64,000 nt of DNA from an uncultured Acidobacteriota bacterium. Its GTDB lineage: Bacteria; Acidobacteriota; UBA6911. The DNA lies in the NCBI GenBank assembly GCA_963843575.1, contig CAWJKZ010000021.1, positions 341,006-405,005 of the forward strand. Direction: 5' to 3'. The notes under the pieces are model-generated. The model ran no database searches. It saw only the letters and a list, made by a program, of their open reading frames with translations, and was not told the origin of the DNA. The position numbers and the translations under genes were made by a program. Position 1 is the first letter of the stretch. Each line of letters begins with the position of its first letter. Positions 59,102 to 64,000 of the stretch are shown here, piece by piece.

Positions 59102-60709
59102 TCAGTAAAACACCCAGTTCAGAAAGACCAGCGCCGCCGCGATCAGGGCGGCGAACCCCAGCACCCTCCCGGGCGCGTGCGCGACGCCCCCGCGGTCGGC
59201 GCCCGATCGGTCGTACACGAGGCCCGCCAGTTCCACGCGGCTCCGGCGCGGCGTAAAAGCGCTCACCGCGCAAGTGACCACGAAGCAAGACGACCACCCA
59301 CAGATCGCGCCATAGAAGTTGGCGCTCATCTCGCTCCCGTATGGCAGGATCCCTGCCCTGTAGGCCAGGTAGTGCAGGAAGGCCGCCACCGTCCCCGAGA
59401 TCAACCCCCAGAATCCTCCGGCCGGCGTAGCCCAGTAGGTGAACATCCCCAGCAGGAACGTGGCGAACAGCGGCGCGTTGAAGAAGGAGAACAGGAGCTG
59501 CACGTAATCCATCAGGTTGTTGAATCCAAGGACGATGTAGGCCGTGGCGACACTTAGGAGCACGGCGGCGAGCGTCGCGCAGCGGCCGACTGCGAGGTAG
59601 TGCCGGTCCGACCGGCCGGGCCTGACGTAGGCCTGATAGATGTCATAGGTCCAGACGGTGTTGAAGGCGGTGACGTTCCCGGCCATGCCGGACATGAAGC
59701 TGGCGAGCATGGCCGTGATCCCCAGGCCGAGCAGTCCGTGCGAGTAGTAGCGGACCATCAGGGCCGGGAGCGCCATGTCGTAGCGGGCCGCGAGATCCCC
59801 GGGAAAGAGCGCCGCTGCTGCCAATCCCGGTATTACCACCAGGGCGGGGAAAAACAGCTTCACTACTGCTGCGATCAGCGGCGTCTGGACCGCCGACGGC
59901 AGGTCCTTGGCCGCCAGCGCGCGCTGGACGAGCAGAAAATCGGTGCACCAGTAGCCGAAGCTCAGGACGAAACCGAGGCCGATGACGTTCCCGATGCCGT
60001 CCATGGCCGAACCGAACGGGTCGGCGGCGGGAAGGCCTTTCCACGTGTGTCCGAGAGCGGGCGGCAGAGCCGCCACGAGGCCGGCCCACCCACCGAACTC
60101 AGCCAGCACGAAAAAGACGAGCGGCGTGAAACCAGCCACGATGAGGATGAATTGAAGCACCTCGTTGTAGATGGTCGCGGTGAGCCCGCCGAACCCGACG
60201 TACACCAGCACGACCGCCGCCGAGAGCAGCACCCCCGTGCTGAAATTCCAGCCCACCACGGTGCGGAGAATGATCGCCATGGCGTAGACGCTGATGCCCG
60301 AAACCAGGATCATGAGCGTCGCGAAGGCCGCGGCGTTGAACGCGCGCGTCTTTTCCCCGAAGCGGAGCTTCAGGAACTCCGGGACGCTCCTTACCCGGCT
60401 GCGGTGGTAGATGGGCATCATGAAGAGCGCCAGGAAGATCATGGCGGGAATCGCGCCGAGCCAGTAAAAGTGGTTGGCGCGGGCGCCGTACTTGGCGCTG
60501 GTCGAGACGATGCCCATTACCTCGAGGGCGCCGCAGTTGGCGGCGACGAACGCGAGACCTGTCACCAGTACCGGGAGAGAGCGTCCCGCGAGCAGGTACT
60601 CGTGCGTGGAGACCATCCGGCGCCGCAGCCGGAAGCCGGTGGCGATGATCACGAGGAAGTAGGCGGCGATGATCAGGTAGTCGAGGGAGCTGAGGTTTAT
60701 GGGGCGCAA
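59102..60709 (-). CDS. sodium:solute symporter (SSS family, sugar/polyol type)
   Basis: YLLAGRSL, GGL.A.IY, YWCTD...VQR.LAA, many TM helices. Confidence 0.92.
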   Translation of the reverse strand: MRPINLSSLDYLIIAAYFLVIIATGFRLRRRMVSTHEYLLAGRSLPVLVTGLAFVAANCGALEVMGIVSTSAKYGARANHFYWLGAIPAMIFLALFMMPIYHRSRVRSVPEFLKLRFGEKTRAFNAAAFATLMILVSGISVYAMAIILRTVVGWNFSTGVLLSAAVVLVYVGFGGLTATIYNEVLQFILIVAGFTPLVFFVLAEFGGWAGLVAALPPALGHTWKGLPAADPFGSAMDGIGNVIGLGFVLSFGYWCTDFLLVQRALAAKDLPSAVQTPLIAAVVKLFFPALVVIPGLAAAALFPGDLAARYDMALPALMVRYYSHGLLGLGITAMLASFMSGMAGNVTAFNTVWTYDIYQAYVRPGRSDRHYLAVGRCATLAAVLLSVATAYIVLGFNNLMDYVQLLFSFFNAPLFATFLLGMFTYWATPAGGFWGLISGTVAAFLHYLAYRAGILPYGSEMSANFYGAICGWSSCFVVTCAVSAFTPRRSRVELAGLVYDRSGADRGGVAHAPGRVLGFAALIAAALVFLNWVFY

Positions 60710-60775
60710 TGGGTACGGTCCTCCCTTTGTCCGGGCAACGGGAGCGTGCCGGGCGACGACCCCGCCGGGCCGGGC

Positions 60776-61423
60776 TCAGTACCGTTTCTTCTGTTGACGG
60801 AGCAGGTCGAACTTGGCCGTGTCGGCGACGGCCATGACGGCCATGACGCCGGCTTGGACCGGGTCGCTCACGACCAGGTCGGCGGCGTCGGGGACCGTGC
60901 CGGCCATGTTCAGGGAGATGACCCTCAGGCCGTCGCGGCGGACCTCCTCGACGGCGCGGGTGATCTCCCCTCCCATGAGGGAACCGGCCAGTACGAGAAG
61001 CCGCACCCGCGGCAGGCGCACCACGGCACGCACAGCCGCGGCCAGCTCCTTCTCGCCGACCAATGGGATGGTGTCGACCGAAATCCGCTCACCGCGTATG
61101 TTGTGGCGGTCGGCTTCGGAAACGGCGCCGACGGCGACCTGGCCGACCTGCGCGCCGCCCCCCATGATGATGATCCGCTTGCCGTATATCTTGGAGAAGG
61201 GCGGGGCCGGCTCCACTCCCGCGACCGTCGGAAGGGCGCGCAACTCGTCCAGCAAGGGATCGAGCGGCGCCTGGAGGTCGAACTCCAGGTACACCTGGAC
61301 CGCGTCCGGCCTGTGGATGATGTCGATGTAACTGATGTTGGCCCGGTGTTCGGCGAGCACGCGGGTCAGCTGAAACAGCGTCCCCGGTTCGTCCGACACC
61401 CTGATCAAGACCGCCTGTTCCAT
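60776..61423 (-). CDS. ACT domain plus DUF5612-like protein (EhbQ-like)
   Basis: ACT motif DEPGTL..L...ANI; GGGAQV.QVA.GA..EADRHNIRGERISVDTIP, LAGSLMGG, DPVQAGVMAVM. Confidence 0.75.
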   Translation of the reverse strand: MEQAVLIRVSDEPGTLFQLTRVLAEHRANISYIDIIHRPDAVQVYLEFDLQAPLDPLLDELRALPTVAGVEPAPPFSKIYGKRIIIMGGGAQVGQVAVGAVSEADRHNIRGERISVDTIPLVGEKELAAAVRAVVRLPRVRLLVLAGSLMGGEITRAVEEVRRDGLRVISLNMAGTVPDAADLVVSDPVQAGVMAVMAVADTAKFDLLRQQKKRY

Positions 61424-61475
61424 TCCGGTGTCCTTCGAGCCCTTCAAGAAGTCGAGGCGAGGCTTTGGATCAATT

Positions 61476-62720
61476 CTACACGGCGTCGAGCGCCTGGTGG
61501 AAGTCGTACAGCAGATCACGCCAGTCTTCGATCCCGACGGAGATCCGCACCATCGAATCCGGTATGCCCGCGGCCTTCTGGTCCTCCTCCGACATCTCGG
61601 AATGAGTCGTGCTTGCGGGGTGGCAGACGAGCGACTCGACTCCCCCCAGGCTGACGGCGTTCTTGGCGATCTTGATCTGGCGCAGGAAATCGAAGGCCGC
61701 GCGCTTCCCGCCGTGCACCTCGAAAGACATGATCGATCCGGGGTAGCTGCACTGGTTGTCGCGAATGCGGATCTGTTCCGGGTCGCGGAACAGCGTCGGG
61801 TAGTGCATCCGGGCGATTTTCGGATGCGTGGCCAGGTCCTCCGCGATCCGCTGCGCGTTCTTGCTTTGCTGGTTCATCCTCAGGGCGACGGTGGGGAGGC
61901 GGCCGTTGAGCAGCCAGCACTCGTCGGCCTGCAGGATGTTGCCGAGGATGGCGCGCGTCCCCCGCAAGTGGTCGATGGTCTCGGAATCGCGCCCCAGCAC
62001 CACGCCGGCAAGCATGTCGGAGAAGCCCGAGAGAAATTTTGTTGCGGAGTAGACTACCAGGTCGGCCTGCCGCGACAGGGGGTGTTGAAAGGTGGGCCCC
62101 ATGAAGGTGTTGTCGACGACGACCAGGGGCGCGTTCGGGTGGCTGTGTGCGTCGGCTGCGGCCGCTGCAATGTCGGTCATCACCAGGGTCGGGTTGGCGG
62201 GGGTCTCGATGTAGACCATCCGCAGGTTCTTCGCTCCCGCAATGGCCTGTCGGAGGCCGGCGCTGTCCCCGGCAGCCACCGGGACGGCACGCACACCCAG
62301 CGGTTCCAGGATCTGGTGTATCAAGTGCACCGATCCGCCGTAAAGCGGGATCGTGTAGACGATCGTGCTTCCCGGCGGGCAGAAGGTCAAAAACAGCGAC
62401 GAGATCGCCGCGAGCCCCGAGTTGAAGACGGCGGCGGACCGCGCCCCCGGCTCCAGCGGTACGATCTGGTCTTCCAGGATCTCGGCGTTTGGGTGCGACA
62501 GCCGCGCGTAGATCAGGTCGATGCTTTCCCCTTCGGCCGGGTGCGTCTTGCCAAGCGCGATGGCAAACGCCCGCTCCGCCGATTCCGGGGTGGAGAACAC
62601 GTAGGTCGAAGACCGGAACACGGCCGGTCTGGCCGAGCCGACCGACAGCCGCGGGTCGAAGCCCCGGGTAAGAACGGCCGTCGAGGTGCGCACCACGTAA
62701 GTTGGTTTCTTGCGCTGCAT
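61476..62720 (-). CDS. PLP-dependent trans-sulfuration enzyme (cystathionine gamma-synthase/lyase, methionine gamma-lyase family)
   Basis: YARL, SGLAAI, YGG, ETPANP, VDNTF, SATK (PLP lysine), VSLGGVESL, RISVGIE. Confidence 0.92.
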   Translation of the reverse strand: MQRKKPTYVVRTSTAVLTRGFDPRLSVGSARPAVFRSSTYVFSTPESAERAFAIALGKTHPAEGESIDLIYARLSHPNAEILEDQIVPLEPGARSAAVFNSGLAAISSLFLTFCPPGSTIVYTIPLYGGSVHLIHQILEPLGVRAVPVAAGDSAGLRQAIAGAKNLRMVYIETPANPTLVMTDIAAAAADAHSHPNAPLVVVDNTFMGPTFQHPLSRQADLVVYSATKFLSGFSDMLAGVVLGRDSETIDHLRGTRAILGNILQADECWLLNGRLPTVALRMNQQSKNAQRIAEDLATHPKIARMHYPTLFRDPEQIRIRDNQCSYPGSIMSFEVHGGKRAAFDFLRQIKIAKNAVSLGGVESLVCHPASTTHSEMSEEDQKAAGIPDSMVRISVGIEDWRDLLYDFHQALDAV

Positions 62721-62783
62721 GCCTTCTCCGCTGGGGATGACTTCATGTCCTCGAAGAGCGCAGCGGCGCAAGGGGTCCCGGCC

Positions 62784-63231
62784 CTAGTTCAACGCGCCGT
62801 CGTCGATCCCGAAGAACCGTGCCCAGTCCTCCAGGTCCACCCGCTCTTCCTTGCCTTCGGCCTCGCGGCGATACTTGATGCCCGAGGTGAACGTACGCCA
62901 GTCCATCGTGCGCGCCCCGGCGTCGCGGCAGCGGAGCGCGAGGCGGTGGTCGTTGGTGACGACGGTGACCTCCGCCGAGGTCCGGGATTCCGTCGAGCCG
63001 GTCCAAGATCGCGTCGTCGGCCGACAGTGGGGCGCAGTACCGGACACGCACTCCGCGCGGTGGCCGGGACCGTTCGGGATCGTCGCCGTCGAAGAAGACG
63101 TCGAATGCGCCGCCGCGCTCGACGTGCAGACGGCTCAACAGGTCCAGAAACGCCCGGCGCGTGCTCCTGTCCGAGCGGAGCGACGCCGCCGGTTGGCCGA
63201 CCAGGTTGTTTCCGTCAAACCAGTACGGCAT
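62784..63231 (-). CDS. NYN/YacP-like PIN-fold ribonuclease; split by a frameshift at about 62985
   Basis: DGNN, FDG, SADD.I and VVTND motifs are spread over two ORFs; removing one base from the run at 62984-62986 gives 148 aa. Confidence 0.8.
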
Positions 63232-63310
63232 GGCCCGATTCTAGCCTGTTTCATGCGCCCCGGTACAAAAACAATTCAGGAGCCATGCGCGCCTGTGGTA
63301 CGCTCCGCTC

Positions 63311-63580
63311 ATGTCGCAGACCGAAAAGGGATTGGGCAACGCACAGACGCTCTGCGTGGAGCTCTCGGAACTCGACTTCGAGGCGCTCGAGAGCGTCTCG
63401 GGTCACGCCACGGTCATACGGTTCCGCGTCCACAACGAAACGATCCGGTTCGGCGACGTCCTCCTCGTGCTCGAGGGCCCGGAGATCCGATTCCACGGCC
63501 GGATCGGCAACGTCGACGAACAGGGCTGGGCGGTGGCGGCCGACCTCTCCGGATCCACCATCCCCACCCTGAAGAACTAG
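63311..63580 (+). CDS. small hypothetical protein
   Basis: 89-aa ORF with plausible globular composition in a gap on the plus strand. Confidence 0.55.
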   Translation: MSQTEKGLGNAQTLCVELSELDFEALESVSGHATVIRFRVHNETIRFGDVLLVLEGPEIRFHGRIGNVDEQGWAVAADLSGSTIPTLKN

Positions 63581-63723
63581 GCAGTGAGAATCCGGAGCCC
63601 GCAGACGCGCGATCAGAGCTTCCCATTCCTCCTCCGCGCCCCGGAACCCGACAGGGCGAGTTGGAGTTTTCGACGTGATCTCCTAGAATTCTCATCGACG
63701 ACAATTAAGACTCCGAGGATTTC

Positions 63724-64000
63724 ATGAGAACTCCGGCATGGAAGGCGTTTCTCATTGCCCTGATGGCGGGCGTCCTGGCGGTAGCCCCGGCCGTTTCGGC
63801 CGACAACCTGAAGTCGTTGACCGGTTATTGGGTCGGCAAGGCCACGGGCCCACAGGGTGGCCCGCCCACCGGCGACCTCGCCATCGTCTTCGAAAAATCG
63901 GGCTCCGGGCTCAAGGGCACCGTGACGGTCAAGGCCGCGGGCGGGCTTCAGTACTCGGGCGAGCTCTCCGGCATCTCCCTGAAGGAAGGTTTTTTTTCGG
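63724..64000 (+). CDS. exported protein (partial, runs off the window)
   Basis: MRTPAWKAFLIALMAGVLAVAPAVSA signal peptide, LTGYWVG; GAGGA RBS; frame open to the end. Confidence 0.7.
   Translation, partial: MRTPAWKAFLIALMAGVLAVAPAVSADNLKSLTGYWVGKATGPQGGPPTGDLAIVFEKSGSGLKGTVTVKAAGGLQYSGELSGISLKEGFFS

Overview
GC-rich bacterial DNA; gene style and intergenic repeats suggest Acidobacteriota or a similar soil/sediment lineage (inference). The window holds a complete type VI secretion system (T6SS, about 7.9-59 kb) with all 13 core genes. Two convergent operons, tssJKLM-[two extra sheath genes]-vgrG and tssA-B-C-E-F-G-H, enclose an effector island. The island carries PAAR, a pentapeptide-repeat protein, one full and one truncated DUF2169, an Rhs toxin with a Cys-rich HNH-like tip plus SMI1/KNR4 immunity, and a HEXXH metallopeptidase candidate with two paralogous downstream genes. 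hcp sits apart, inside a Ser/Thr phospho-signalling block. The two most unusual features are: (1) two tandem single-chain TssB-TssC fusion proteins in addition to a canonical tssB/tssC pair, one lacking the N-terminal arm and the ClpV-recognition region; (2) a non-canonical phosphorylation module made of an active TPR receptor kinase and a catalytically dead pseudokinase that share a C-terminal HxH..CTG..H domain, an FHA-FHA-TM-lytic transglycosylase fusion, an FHA-coiled-coil protein, two exported TPR proteins and a PP2C phosphatase. The flanks contain housekeeping genes, two copies of a ~208-bp MITE-like palindromic element, REP-like repeats, and an ACT/DUF5612-like gene beside a trans-sulfuration enzyme. 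Four genes are split by single-base indels in short homopolymers, most likely assembly errors. All family calls come from motif recognition by eye; no database searches were run.
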